A stretch of 62,625 nt of DNA, filler included, from Sphacelaria rigidula (GCA_964200075.2; 9 parts of 9 records of this genome joined end to end with filler, not necessarily neighbours in it), one strand, 5' to 3'; positions 36,004 through 48,687 are shown, counted from the first letter of the whole stretch. Program-made: numbers and translations. The notes: generated by a model not told the origin, from the letters alone.

Positions 36004-37984
36004 CAACATACCAAGGGCGGGTCGGGTACCCGATACTCGGTATTTTGACAAGTCATGCTTAGTACCTGAATATTTGGGTACATTGTCAAAATCGTACCCA
36101 ATCTGCCCGAAATTTGGGTCAGTCAAAGCTTGGGCAGAGTACGAGCTGGGCCAGTGAGTTTTGAATCTATCTGGGCGATGTGGTTGCTAATTCGAAGAGA
36201 TAGGCGCCGAAATGTTGACACGACATCTTTATCATCAATACGTGCAACTTGCGAGGAGGTGGAAAGAAAAAAAAAAGGGAGAAAGTAAGAGTTATTTAAA
36301 GTTCCAGCAAAAACAGGAAAAAAAACTATAACTCCGTGAAAATTGTAAAAAAATTATCCCCCCTTGGGACCGATCCCCAACCAACACGGGGTTGATCATG
36401 TGTTAGTAAAATAATTAAAAAAAAAAGTCAGGGAGCGACCTGCCCGATCACGGCGAGGCGAAATTTATCGACCAGACCCGAACGACGAACGCGGAGGTTG
36501 TTACCAAATTTGATGTCACTGCCAAGATCGTGTGGGGGCCCTATCCCTGGCCTGGATAAAACGCCTTCCCAGGTATGCAAAGCCCGGATGCTGGGGGAGC
36601 GATTTCGCGTTTTACTTGCATTTAGTGTAGCGCTCCCGTGATTTCCCAGATGTTTTTGGGGCCGCCAGCCTACACTAGAAGGTAGTAACTACACTAACAC
36701 GTGATTGGAGGAAAAAACGGGGGAAAAACGTATATGCCACAATGTAGTCATTTTCACGAGGCACTAAACCCAGCTGGACCGTGGAAGGAGAAAAGGAGCT
36801 ATCGTCATGAGTTCCACCTATCCCTCTGCCGATGCCTTGCAGAACACAGTAAACATGTGCGTAGTGGGCAGGGGCGAAGAGGCGGTATATTGGCAGCAAA
36901 TCTCCGTCACTGAGAACTGCCCAGAACGTGCAAGGGAGTATGCAGCGGCCGCTGCTGCTGCAGTCGGAGAGGCGTACTGCACTGAACTGTACTGTACGTA
37001 TGTATGTGCGCCGCAACGCCCGTACCCTTCGAAGATAATTTGCCGCTTGCAACAAAGAGGGAAATCGTGGCCCACCCCGACCACGAAGGGCTGTGTGGCA
37101 AGGTGATGGGGACAATGATATTATCCAAAGCCACAAGTGGCGGGCGGCCCGCCGGTCGCCACATCCTGTTGAAGGCTCTTTACGACGACCCACACTGCTC
37201 GTTACATAAAATGTACATGACCTAATGCGCAGCCCACCCCAAGTACAGTTTTCACCTGCTCATGAAAATAGATTGGATGACACTTTCGGTCTTCCTCCTT
37301 ACTAGGCTTTTACTTATTATCCTAGTAAAGTCATCTTTTTATGCTCGTAAAGTGGAAATTACGCTCGATTTATGCTCGCATTCTCGAGAAAATTACGCTG
37401 GGTTTATGCTCGCAACGGGAACTTTTGCTCGATTGTGCTCGTAGTATTCAACAAGGATGCCATTTTCGACCGCATACAGACTCACCGATCACTGCCTGCA
37501 TGTGGTATATGCCATATATATATATATATATACTGTCTACGAAGTACTACCCACCAACCTGCATCTGTACGATTGATTGCCGTATTTTCCTGTTGTCACA
37601 TACAATGCATCGTTGTATATCATCGCGTACTATATGCATCTTGTGCTATATGCCGCCCCACCACTGCCGTACAGACAAGAGATATGGCAGGCCCTGTTGA
37701 CTGCAATATCTATCACAATCTGGCACAGTGAGTGTACGTTATGCGCACCATGCAGAGGCTGATGCAGACGCATTTCGTCACCACACTCAAAATGACAAAT
37801 CACGAAATCATACATGATGTGTTCACTCGTCGCATGTCCCATGTCGAGGAACTCGTGTCCAAGGACAGCGGAAAACGAAAAACCTACAATTGATTGATGA
37901 ATGACCAATACGTCGGACGAGCACGAGTATGACTCGTGGCACTCGCGCTCATTGGGCTGCTCGTCGGCCGTTTCGGAGGTCCTC

Positions 37985-38392
37985 GAGCACCCGAGTCATT
38001 GCTCGTCGTGGGAAATTCAATAGGGCGGGTTCTCAAGTCATTGCTCGTTGTGGAAAATTTAATAGGGCGAGTTCTTGAGTCATTGCTCGTTGTGGAAAAT
38101 TTAATAGGGGGCGAGTACTCGAGTCATCGCTCGTTGTGGAAAAGTTAATGGGGCGGGTACTCGAGTCATTGCTCGTTGTGGAAAAATTAAGAGGGCGAGT
38201 ACTCGAGTCATTGCTCGTTGTGGAAGAGTTAAGAGGGCGAGCACTCGAGCCATTGCTCGTTGTGGAAAAATCAATAGGGGGCAAGTACTCGAGTCATCGC
38301 TCGTTGTGGAAAAGTTAATGGGGCGGGTACTCGAGTCATTGCTCGTTGTGGAAAAATTAAGAGGGCGAGTACTCGAGTCATCGCTCATTGTG
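37985..38392. repeat. 42-bp minisatellite, ~9.5 units, inside the hAT element
   Basis: Unit GAGTCATTGCTCGTTGTGGAAAA.TTAATAGGGCGAGTACTC. Occasional 44-bp units. Confidence 0.95.
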
Positions 38393-38980
38393 TTTTCTAC
38401 AAACATCAACGAGTGCACTCGTTTCGACGAGTAATAACTCGTCCGACGTGTGAAAGATTGATTAGGGTTACACTTTGGTTGTTGTCGTCGTGACGCGGTT
38501 GGTCCCCGCCATCATCACACAGTACAGTCGTCGTCGTCCTCATCCTCATCGCCCACGGAGATTGACGTATCGACGGTGGTAAACTTCCCTGTATCGTCAC
38601 CACTTGCGTTGTTCGCCATCTCATACTGTCTGTGCTGCTGTGCTGCTGTGCTGCTGTACTGCAGACTATACATTTTGCGGGTTTGTGTGTTGTGTCGTGT
38701 GCTTTCATGAAAATGTTTTCGAGACCCGTGATCGATTAGACTGGCGATTTTATACGGCCACCAGTATCAGTGAATGTCTAGTTCCGGGAGATATACGTAT
38801 TTCAGACCCGCGGTCGATGATAGCTGAGTTCTCGCCCAAAATATTGCAGCAGGCCAGCATGCAGACCAGTGCGCCAACCCCTGAGGTGGGAATTATGCTT
38901 GACTATGCTCCTCGTGTGTAAATTATGCTCGATTATGCTACGTGCTGACACGCTATGCCATTTATGCTACCAAGAAGAAA

Positions 38981-39227
38981 GAGTCATGCTACGATAGAGG
39001 GGGGGGTATTTTGAGCCGTTTTCTTCCACGAAGTTCTACTTGAAACCGTCGTTAATAGCAGCAACTGTGCTCCAAACGCACTTGCTTCCGATAAATAACG
39101 CCCATTCATACCGCTTGAGACCGCTTTACCCACGTACAAGCGCACCGCGAGTGTGTTAGGATGTCAGAAGCATTTAGGAGCCCGTTTTAGTGGGATCAAT
39201 CCCCCCCCCCCCTATCGTACATGACTC
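38981..39227. mobile_element. Nested ~247-bp MITE
   Basis: TIR GAGTCATG(C)TACGATAG(A)GGGGGGG with reverse complement at ~39201-39227. Confidence 0.65.
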
Positions 39228-39740
39228 GGAATTATGCCAGAAATTATGCTAGCATAATAAGTAAAAGCCTACTCCTAACCCTGCGGTTACATACGTGGAT
39301 TTTCAGCAACATGAAGCCACTGTTTCGTGCAGGCGCCGGACACGTCATTCCTAGCCAGCCTCATTGGTCGTTCTGAAGGCCCGGTCCCAAAAGGGTAAAG
39401 AGAGACGGCGGCACCTTCTTACACGTTGTGGACTCCGGCGCGCAGGAGATCCTGGTAGTATTTCGGCCGAAAATACCTCAAGTTTGGCGCAGCAGGGCGC
39501 TTTTCATGTGACACCGCTGCGCCCCTTTAATCCACCCCCAAGCCCGAATTGACCAACAGATTTTCAGTCTTTTTTTTTGTTACGACTTAGTCTGCTATAT
39601 CGTCCTGTTCGATTTTTTTTCTTTTTTTCTTTCCCTGTTCCTTCCTTTCTTCAGAGCGTGGTTTAGTTTCGTTTTTTTCGGGCACGTCTTTCATGAGACC
39701 ACGGCTGGATCATGACCCCTGGAGGGTCAGTTAAAGTGCG

Positions 39741-39798
<58 letters not shown>

Positions 39799-42700
39799 TA
39801 TTGCGCCCATCACGGGCATCCTTTTTTTGTTTGACCAACCCTCAAAAATGACGGTTCAGTATCAGATTCCAAAAACGTCCTCGCTCGAACGTGTGCCTTG
39901 TTTTGCCAAACCTTCGATATCTTCCAACCTAAGCACACCGCAGTCTGCACTCTAACGAGCGTTACTTCTTAACATGGGCCTATCCGAAAATGACCGTAGG
40001 GCACGAGTACTTCACAACACTCTGAACTCGAGCGTGTTTTTCTGACCAAGTTTATTCAACCTTTGGTCTATGACAAAATGACAGTTATTATACGAGTACT
40101 TCGCAGTCTCAGCTTGAGTGTAGATTTTCTCTGACGAGATTCAATCCTTTTTGAAACTCAAAGCGTAGGGTATACTCTCACGAGCATCACGTTGCTTTAC
40201 CTACCCTCAAGTGACAATTTTACACTTGACTACCCTCTGACCTCGTACCTCACTCTTGAGAGGCATCATGCACCATTGCTTAACACACACAAACACGTCT
40301 CGGGGACATTTTTAATTGGCCCTTGACGCTGACTAGCTTTTGTGAATATCCCAATGTTTTTTCCGCAAACCTATGAGAACAACATCATAACGAACAGAAA
40401 GGACTCTGGAAGGCCCCACTTATGACACCTTGCGATGGCTCGATTCCAGCCTTGGTTACACGACGGATCATCCGTCCCTGTGCGCACCAGGCCAAGCGAC
40501 GTGATGGCTGTGCAGCCGTTGTGTCTTCTGTGAGTGATATTTTCCACGCGCAAAACTCCTAATTTCCGATTTCGTGCCGTGAGGCATGTTCAAGCGACCC
40601 GAAGGGCTACCGGGCGTGCAGTGGGTATCTGACGTTCCTAGATGTCCTGAAGGGTTGCAAGAGCCGTAGGTGCCGGGCAGGTGATCCGTGATATCGTTGT
40701 TCTTGGTGTAGGAACGACGTCAGGTGGGCTTGGAGTTGAACAGTTAAGCTTGGCCTGCGGATCACGAGGCGGAACATCCCTCTGCTAACAGGTTCATCTT
40801 TAATTTAGCATCTAGGGCATACTCCGTCTGAGAGAGAGAGGATGAAGGATTTTTGATTGAAGCAGGAACCGACAACGGCTGACAAGACACAGGAGAGCTC
40901 ACAAATCATCTGGTCTACACGTGGAGTATATCAAGATACATCGAGTGGCGCGAGGTTCGCACTGAAGGCTGAGATCAGCCTTTGGGAATCGGCCGATCAG
41001 ATGGTCGGTACGAATAATGGTGGCCGTAACGGGATCATTTTCAATGAAAAATAAGTGGCAGGTCCAGAGTTTCTCCCGGCGCCAGAGACCGCAACGTCGA
41101 TCTTCGCATGCCGCAGGAGATGATGGCTGCTGAAAAGACACACGAGAGCTCACGAAGTCATCTCACCTACACAGAAATGCGTCGACTGGCGCGAGATTCG
41201 CACTGTGAGCCGAATTCCCACCGTGAGCTGCGATCGGTGTAAACATGAACCGTAGGAGGATCCTATTTGATTTAGGATCTGTGGGACGTTCGGTATTTCT
41301 ACCGTCACCTTTCTTCTTAAGACGCGACATCGATTTTCGAATGCCGCAGAAGAGAATAGCTGCTCGAAAAACATGGGATGGCTCACGAAATATCATCTTT
41401 CCTACACAAAGATGCATCAAGTGACGACGCAAGTTTCGTCCTGTGAACTGAGATTAGTGTTCGAGACCCAATCGATCAAGGGGCAGTCAACGTCATTGAA
41501 ACAACACCCATTTTCCCTAGTTGAGCCGACAAAGCCCCAATCTCCAATCGGAGCTTGGGAATACGTCATTATCGGCTTGTCGCACTGAAAACATGGCTTG
41601 GACCACGAGCACCGACGCAAGCAGCTCAGATGAATAACAACAAAGAGGAACAAGAACTAAATTTGATACGCACGGGACACTGTATTGTTGTTGTTGTTGT
41701 TGTTGTTGTTGTCTTCACNNNNNNNNNNNNNNNNNNNNNNNNNNNNNNNNNNNNNNNNNNNNTTAATTAATTAANNNNNNNNNNNNNNNNNNNNNNNNNN
41801 NNNNNNNNNNNNNNNNNNTGTTGAATCGGCATCAATTTTATCTTCAAAAAAAGTATGCATGATCCAGAAAGACTAATCTCGCGGTCTAAGGGTTAAACCT
41901 CAATTCGCAGAATTTGTTGTCGTATGTAATGCGTGAGAGGAAGGCATCGGAATTTGAACATCCCTATCGATAGGGTCAGGGTTATGGTCGTTATATAGTA
42001 GTGTTGCATGGGGTTAGGGTCAGGGGTGTGATCCCTGCAGGGACTGACCCGATCGGTTTTGAAAAACATCGATCCTGAGGTGTTTCGAACTAAGATGCGG
42101 TTCCCTAATAATAAGCACGCGGTCCTCCCACGCAATACCATGCGGACCAGAAACAACAGAGTTTTCGCTATAATATTATAGATGGACCGAGAGTCTAATG
42201 TTTGACTGAGAGTGAGAATCCAAACAAAAGCAAGGAAATCACACTCCACTGCGAGAACTCTATACTGGTGTTCCTTCAGGAATACTTCGCCGACCCAGGC
42301 GAGGAGAGGCTCGAATGGAGGCTCATCTTATTCGTGGAATGAATCCAATTATGTGTATGAACATTCATACAAATGCACTTGTTCTCTGCTCTTCAATCTC
42401 TTCCCACAGATGTCCTGTGTCATCTCGGCAAAACTCCGTGGGGAGCCCTGATTCCTTTGGTAATTTATATTCTTCTGTGTGGATCCGCATGTGTCGACAC
42501 CGAACAACATGCAATGTAACTACTGATGTGATTAGAGTATGGAGTTACTTTTGCACACTGATGTCAAGACATGGTGATGACCTCTTGTACCGACTGTTTT
42601 ACTTTCGGTGCTGTAACGGACTACTAGTGCCCGATGCACACGCGGTACTTGGGTCAGAAAAACGCGGCCAGCTCGTTCGTCATAATGTTGTGTGCGTTTG

Positions 42701-43252
42701 GTTATATTCTCCACCAAAAGCCTCGAACAATTGATTGACATAGAAACGACAGCTGTCGGGTTAATAACGCGGGGAAATGGTCTGATGTTTTCGTGGGTTC
42801 TGATTGGCCAACTAGTTTGCATGACAGTCTCGCCTGTGTAGCAGATATCAGGCGTCCTCTCCACAGGACCTGGCACGTCACGTGTATGGAGCTAGGTGGT
42901 GTCGCTGCTGCTGGTGCTGCCGCTCACAAGCTGAAACCAGGGAAAATCTTCTTAATCGATAGCCCATTTAGTTCGGCTATACTCTGTGGTCTGTGCTTCA
43001 AGGATAGCAGCAGCACATACAACAAATCAGTCCAAGAATCTTCAAGTCGCACGAACACCTCGCGGACTTGGACGTTGTAGAGGGATCGAGGAACGCTGAG
43101 CGTACTGATGCGTAGCTCGTGCGAAGGAGAATCCTGTACCACCCAAGATCCCTAAGTAGAATACGCTGTGGCTCAACACCCCCTGCTATCACACTTCCGT
43201 TTAAGCGTTCGAGAAAACCTGCCGAACGTACAACACACTACGTGAAGCGGGA

Positions 43253-43657
43253 ATGGAGCATCTACGGTGGTTATCAGGCACCCTCGGGCAGCGCGCCGAT
43301 GTAGAGCAAGTCGGCGCGGAGGCGGTAGCAACAGCCCACAGCTGGCTTCAACAACAAGAGCAATACAAGTGCATAGCTACAGCCGTGGTCATCGTAGTAT
43401 CCATGATCATAGTCTTGTACGCATGTTTCTTGGCGAGTACCGCCCATGGCCCAACACCTGGTTTCGAGCACCTAGCTGCAAGGCCAGCAGGTGACGGCAA
43501 GGCCGCTGGGGCATGGAGTACTGCGGGAGGTGAAGCGGCATCGGCGATTGAGGATGGTGTAAGGTGGCTTGGGGAGCGGGAGCTTAGATCTTTGGGGGCT
43601 ATTTGTGACACTCTATTGCCCGGGTTTGTGGGTGGGAAGAAGGCTATCGTGGAAGAG
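43253..43657 (+). CDS. Probable first exon of a long-chain fatty alcohol oxidase (GMC oxidoreductase) with N-terminal TM helix
   Basis: ATG-initiated 135 codons, GAG|GTATGT donor. TM segment IATAVVIVVSMIIVLYACFLA. LGERELRSLGAICDTLLP resembles the plant/fungal FAO N-terminal motif (q...L.aiceT..P). Confidence 0.6.
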
Positions 43658-46600
43658 GTATGTCTCTACAGCTGGTACTACGTTTTGCGGTTCATTGTTC
43701 TACAGTAGTACTGGTTGTTGCGCAGCATGTTGTACTGTGACAGACCGGACACATGCACCTGGCGTACCGCTCGGGCAATCCTGTCTGTGCTACCGGTGCA
43801 GATACAACAGGAGAACAGGTACTTCCTCTGTCTCATGAGTAAAGTAGGTTACAGGGTGTAGCTCAAATCTACCCGATGGAAGTGCCTACTATGTTATACT
43901 TATTTTCATTGAAAACATGAAGTGTTGGAAACGCGCATGGGGTGGAGAAAGAAATCAGAATATTCTTTTAGTCGACGAGAATTTTCAGGACAAAATTGCC
44001 CGTATACTTAGTCTCTCCCTTGTCCAAAATATAAAATTAAATCCCAAACAACCATCCACCCATCCATCCTGAAACAATCTTGAATTAATTATGTAATTAA
44101 TTACTTGTCCAAAAAATAAAATTCAATCCCAACCGAGGGGATCTGACGAAATATACGTAAACAATGGTTGGTACTATGGGGATGCCGCCAACCCGAACGC
44201 CAACCCCACCCCTAACCCCGACCAAGGCATACCGGGAACCCTCGGGCAGGGGGGGTGCGAAACATTTCTAAGGCAAAGGGTGCGTTGCCAGAGCTCAAAC
44301 CGACGTCTTTGAACCGATTTTGGAGCAGAACACGTTCTGGACGAGCTGGGTCTATTACTCACCACTGCTCACCTGCCCGAAGTCATGAATTATCTCAGAA
44401 CTTTCTTCAATCTGAAATCAAGTAAACTCGAACACCAATCATTGTTCATGTACATTTCGTCAGATCAACTGTCCCAACCAACCATCCAACCATCCATCCC
44501 AAACAATTTTTAATTAATATAATATATAACAATAAATTCAACTCCTTATATATTTTTGAGGAATATTTGGGGGATATTTGGGGATGTAGCGGGGGGGAGA
44601 GAAGCCTTTTCTTCCCAGAATTGTCGAAGAATTGTGAACTTTTTTCAGAAGGTCGACGTTTTCTCGTCCACTACCCGTCGCAACCACGATGGACTTCCTT
44701 GTGCACACCCCTCCACGTCGCAAAATGGGCGCGGAAGTGTCACCGGGCCGCCGTGACGCTATGACGATTGAGATAGCGTTGGCCATTCCGCCACGCACCT
44801 CAAGGGTGCCGACGGGCTTTCTGGGTTAGCTCACCGAGCGCTACGGATAATGGGGCCTTCACGAAGGCCTGGCACAACCTAGCATCAAGTACCAGTGACG
44901 GCGAGGAAGAAGTATGGTATTTTTTCTCATTTTTTTCTGTCTTTTCCCCCCCGGAATAGGAGCAGGAACGGCCTTTTTCGGGCTGACTATTTCTTCTCGA
45001 TCGTTCGCCCACGGAGGGTAGTGCGCGACAAAAACGAAGAGGCTTTACCTCATGGAGTGCCAAATTGGAGGGGTGGAAGACATCATCGCCTATTACAACG
45101 CATCGCGCACGTCATTTACATCCCGTGGAAAAACAACCCGCCGTACTTGCGGGACAGAGGAAGTACACAGAACAACTCTTCCACTGCCCGTTGGTCTTCT
45201 GTAGCTAGCATTGCGCAGTGCAGGACCAAAAAGTGTGCTGGGCATTTTTTTCATGTGAAATCGTGACGTCATGGTTGGAAAGTATTCGTTGCGCGTGGGA
45301 GTTATCGGGAAACTGGGAAACTCGCGCACACCGCCTGCGCCGTGGTGGGGGGACGAGTGTTCAAGACAACACGTGAAGACACAGGCTCGTCCCACTACTA
45401 CTCGTAGCGAGGAAAAGCGCCTCCGCGGCAGACAGCCCGGGCAGCAAAATTTAGTGCAGAGAGGGGGTCCTTGATAACCTTGCAAGCACTCCGGAGTGCA
45501 CCACCAGCCTGAGTCCGCTTCTGGTGCACCACGAAGAAATGATCTCCACGAAAAACCTATTTTGACAATTCAGTTTCGATTTTCGCCGGAAAACAGAGAT
45601 GAACTGATTATGCCACCTCAGAAGGACTCGCCGTGCTCTCCGAGAGGATTCTACAGTGTTGACCACCTTTGATGGCAGTCACCAATGTCGATGTTTTCGA
45701 GCATCGGGGGAGAAAAAATCGGGATGTCACGATGTCAGGATGGTTTCCCCCGATTTTTCGGGGAAAGTCTTTCCAAGATCGTGACTCCCCCCCGTTTTTT
45801 GTAGGGGACGTATGTGCATTGACGTACCATGGTGGGGTACGAGGCGTTTGATACTTCAGCAACCACAGCAGAAGACAGTCTCGTGACAGCACAGGGCGTG
45901 CCTGCCCGCGCCAGCTGCTGAAGCAGCTTCGCACGGGGTTTGACAAGCGGATAATACCTGTTGACGCCGTACCCTGCGGCGATGGTAATCTTCTATGCTG
46001 CGCTGCGCTGCCATATGTATCGCTATAACTGACGGTACTTCACTCTCCTAATCTGTTGTTGCGGCACTTGTAGGGTGATGTAAGGCACTGACTGCACTAC
46101 TGAACTGTGCTCGCGCACTGTTGGCTCACTGTTCTCGCAATACCGTCTGTGCCATCGTGTACCACCACACGGCATCATCATGTTCTGTACTTTCAATATG
46201 AAGACAACAATAACAACAACTGATCGAGTGTCCTGGACTGTATTACCCTAAGTTACCAAGGTACAACCCTGTACTCGAAGGATTATTCACCGCCTGCGTG
46301 CTCTTCGGCTTCATACACGAGTACGCAGTACCACACTCCTGCCGAAAATGACCGTTCGTGTACAGAACTGTGATACTGTCTGTACCATAAAATGGTCCCC
46401 CCGATTTTGAAGAAATCAGGGTCTTAAAAAAACGAGATTCGTTGCCATGAAAGATGGTCTTGATCTTTTTCGATACTATGGAGGCATTTCACTCGAACAT
46501 TGCAGTAGATTGAGCCATATTCCGCAGTTTCAAATCTTTGTGCCCAGAGAGGAGGTCATTGTGGGGAAGAGGGGTGGACACTCTCAGCATCAACAGCTGC

Positions 46601-47699
46601 CTTCACGGGTTACCCTCCATGGTGGAGAAAGCCGCATCACGCACGAGATCCGTCACAGCACACATCTCAAGCGCTTGCTACCTAATAGATGTCAGGATCC
46701 GCTAGAACAGGGCGAACTTGGTGCGGGGTTCTCCAGGTGCGGGCCCCACCCTTTACGGATCGGTCTTCAAAAACCATGTATCGACTAAACTGCTTGCAGT
46801 CCGTGTTTAACACTGCGTACCAACCGCAGCAGGGAATCGTTAGGCGAGTGTACCTTCTCACCGATCAGCGGCAGGGTGCAAGGTGACATTACAAACCGCA
46901 GCTTGTCACATCCCTAAGTTATCCTTGTGCTGTATTGAGTACTCGCTGTCCTATGCACTCTGCCACAACATGAGCGCAGACGCTTATGCTGGGACCGACG
47001 TGCACGAGGGATACCACCCCTCGCGACGCCACAATTTGTACAGCTGTCCGTATTGCAGCTAAGCGTACGTTTGCCCTAGGTGGCGCACACAGGAGTGAAA
47101 GACCGCCTCGGCCGCTATGGCACGAAAGCCGCCTGTAACATTGCACACCGGAGAGATTTTCTACACACTGTCTCAAAGTGTGCTGCCTCCAGTGCCGACT
47201 GACTCAAAGCACGAGTATTTCGAAAATTGTAGCGGGCAATATATTCCATACTGTGCGCAGCACGCTTTTTGACACTGTATACTGACTGTTGAAATATTTT
47301 GCCCAGGGCATGGTACATTTCCACGTATAGATTGACGCGGTGAGATCGTGAAAATAAATCCACAACATATTGGCGGAGTGTAAGTGGCAATGGCCAAAAT
47401 ACCCGCGTACAAACTCCCCCCCAGTGCACTGTAAGTCGATATCGCTGGAAGAAAACCACTACAGCCACCTTGCCGGCTGCCAGGCTGTCGGCACGCGAAG
47501 TCGCTAGCATTGGTATTGTCTGTACCGGGACGTTACCCCCTTACCGGGTGGGCCGGCAAGGGTCCGTGGCAGAACGCAGTGGTCGCACGTGAGGAGCTTA
47601 ACCTTGACCTGTCGAGCGAGTTGGAGCGGGAACGTTCAGTCCCCAACCCTCAGATATACAACGGAGTTTAAATGATGCTTCTTTGCTGGGTGTCTGCAA

Positions 47700-48040
47700 A
47701 CATTAAGCCATATCTGGTATTTATGGTAAGGCCGGCAAGATCCGTTGCGGCCTGCGGGCCTGACCGATATCGTTTCCTAGTATAATCGTCATCAAACAGG
47801 AGGTGTTGGGACAAAGAAGCACTGTAATTGCTGGTATCCACCGTTTCAATGCAGACCAGACCCCCAGCGCCTTGCACGACTACGGCTGTGACTGTAACAC
47901 CTTGCTGTAGCCCCAATCTACACATCCTCCAAGTTTCGGCGTCATCACGAGCAAGGTGCGGATTATCTTGACGCCTAACCTTCAAAAACATCGCCTCCAT
48001 ATCATCGAAAAGGAATAACACTGTCCAGTGCACCTTTCCG
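47700..48040 (-). pseudogene. Possible decayed Tc1/mariner DDE transposase fragment
   Basis: WTVLFLFDDMEAMF resembles W..VlfsDE..F, and GAGGLVCIETVDTSNYSASLSQHLL resembles G.g.L..i.g.m....Y...L...Ll. QDNA motif not seen. Confidence 0.35.
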
Positions 48041-48099
48041 ATCGTTCGTGCTGCCAGTTTGACTTTCGACCGGGAAAATTATTTCTTGAATACCCCCCC

Positions 48100-48219
48100 C
48101 AGCCTGATCCGGCGAGAACTCGGCGTGCTCCGTCCCGGCTTTGTAGGGGGGGCGTACTCATTTGTTGCTTGCCTTAGTCGTGTGACCATTGACCACGCAT
48201 CCCTTTCGAGACGGAGCAC
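48100..48219 (-). mobile_element. LINE-like 3' terminus (ORF end and tail)
   Basis: Homologous to 59662-59732, followed by tail CCCCTACAAAGCCGGGACGGAGCACGCCG.GTTCTCGCCGGA.CAGGCT. Confidence 0.7.
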
Positions 48220-48687
48220 TTTGTAGGGGCGGACCCCCGATGGGATTAGCGTCAGTTGGCAATGACGCTGTAAAACACGCCACTCACTGCGTGAGCAAGG
48301 CAACCAGGTTACCAATTTTTTGCGCGCTTGCGTTTTTGTGCGGTTACCATGATGGTAGCCGAGCTAGATCATGTTGTGCGGTGTGGGAGGACCTCAACTC
48401 CGCACAATGGGGATGATCGTACTACGTGGTGTTTGAATGGTGAGACACCCGTGAGGCAGTGTATAGGCCATGGCTGTGTCTGGAAGTAGCGATACAAGAA
48501 AATGAAGCTCCTCATTCGAGGCTGTAATCCAAATGCAAGACGATCAGTACGCTTCGGGTCGAACAATCTTGGCAGGGTGCAGCGCAACCCTCATGCAACT
48601 CGTCGAACACACCACGGTGCTTCGCGCGTGGTGATTGAGTGCGAGCCTGGTCCAGCGAAAACCCGGCGTGCTCCGTCCCGGCTTTAG
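48220..48687 (-). mobile_element. Complete unit of family D (~463 bp)
   Basis: Tail sequence at both ends. Body homologous to four other loci in the window. Confidence 0.75.

Larger units (their letters stand above)
37303..39271. mobile_element. 1.97-kb non-autonomous hAT element
   Basis: TIR TAGGCTTTTACTTATTAT(C/G)CTAG. 8-bp TSD CTCCTTAC/CTCCTAAC. Subterminal TTATGCT(C) repeats at both ends. Confidence 0.85.

Noticed and set aside
35037..36157. Long ORFs (229 and 144 aa)
   Set aside because: Translations of MITE internal repeats.
37985..38392. CRISPR-like array or repeat-protein ORFs (ESLLVVENLIGRVL)n
   Set aside because: No unique spacers and no cas genes. 44-bp units break the frame. 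It is a minisatellite in a hAT element.
48220..48687. Hammerhead ribozyme in family D
   Set aside because: By eye the closest core is CTGATTA/CTGATCG rather than CTGANGA, with no properly placed GAAA. Other ribozyme classes could not be excluded by eye.
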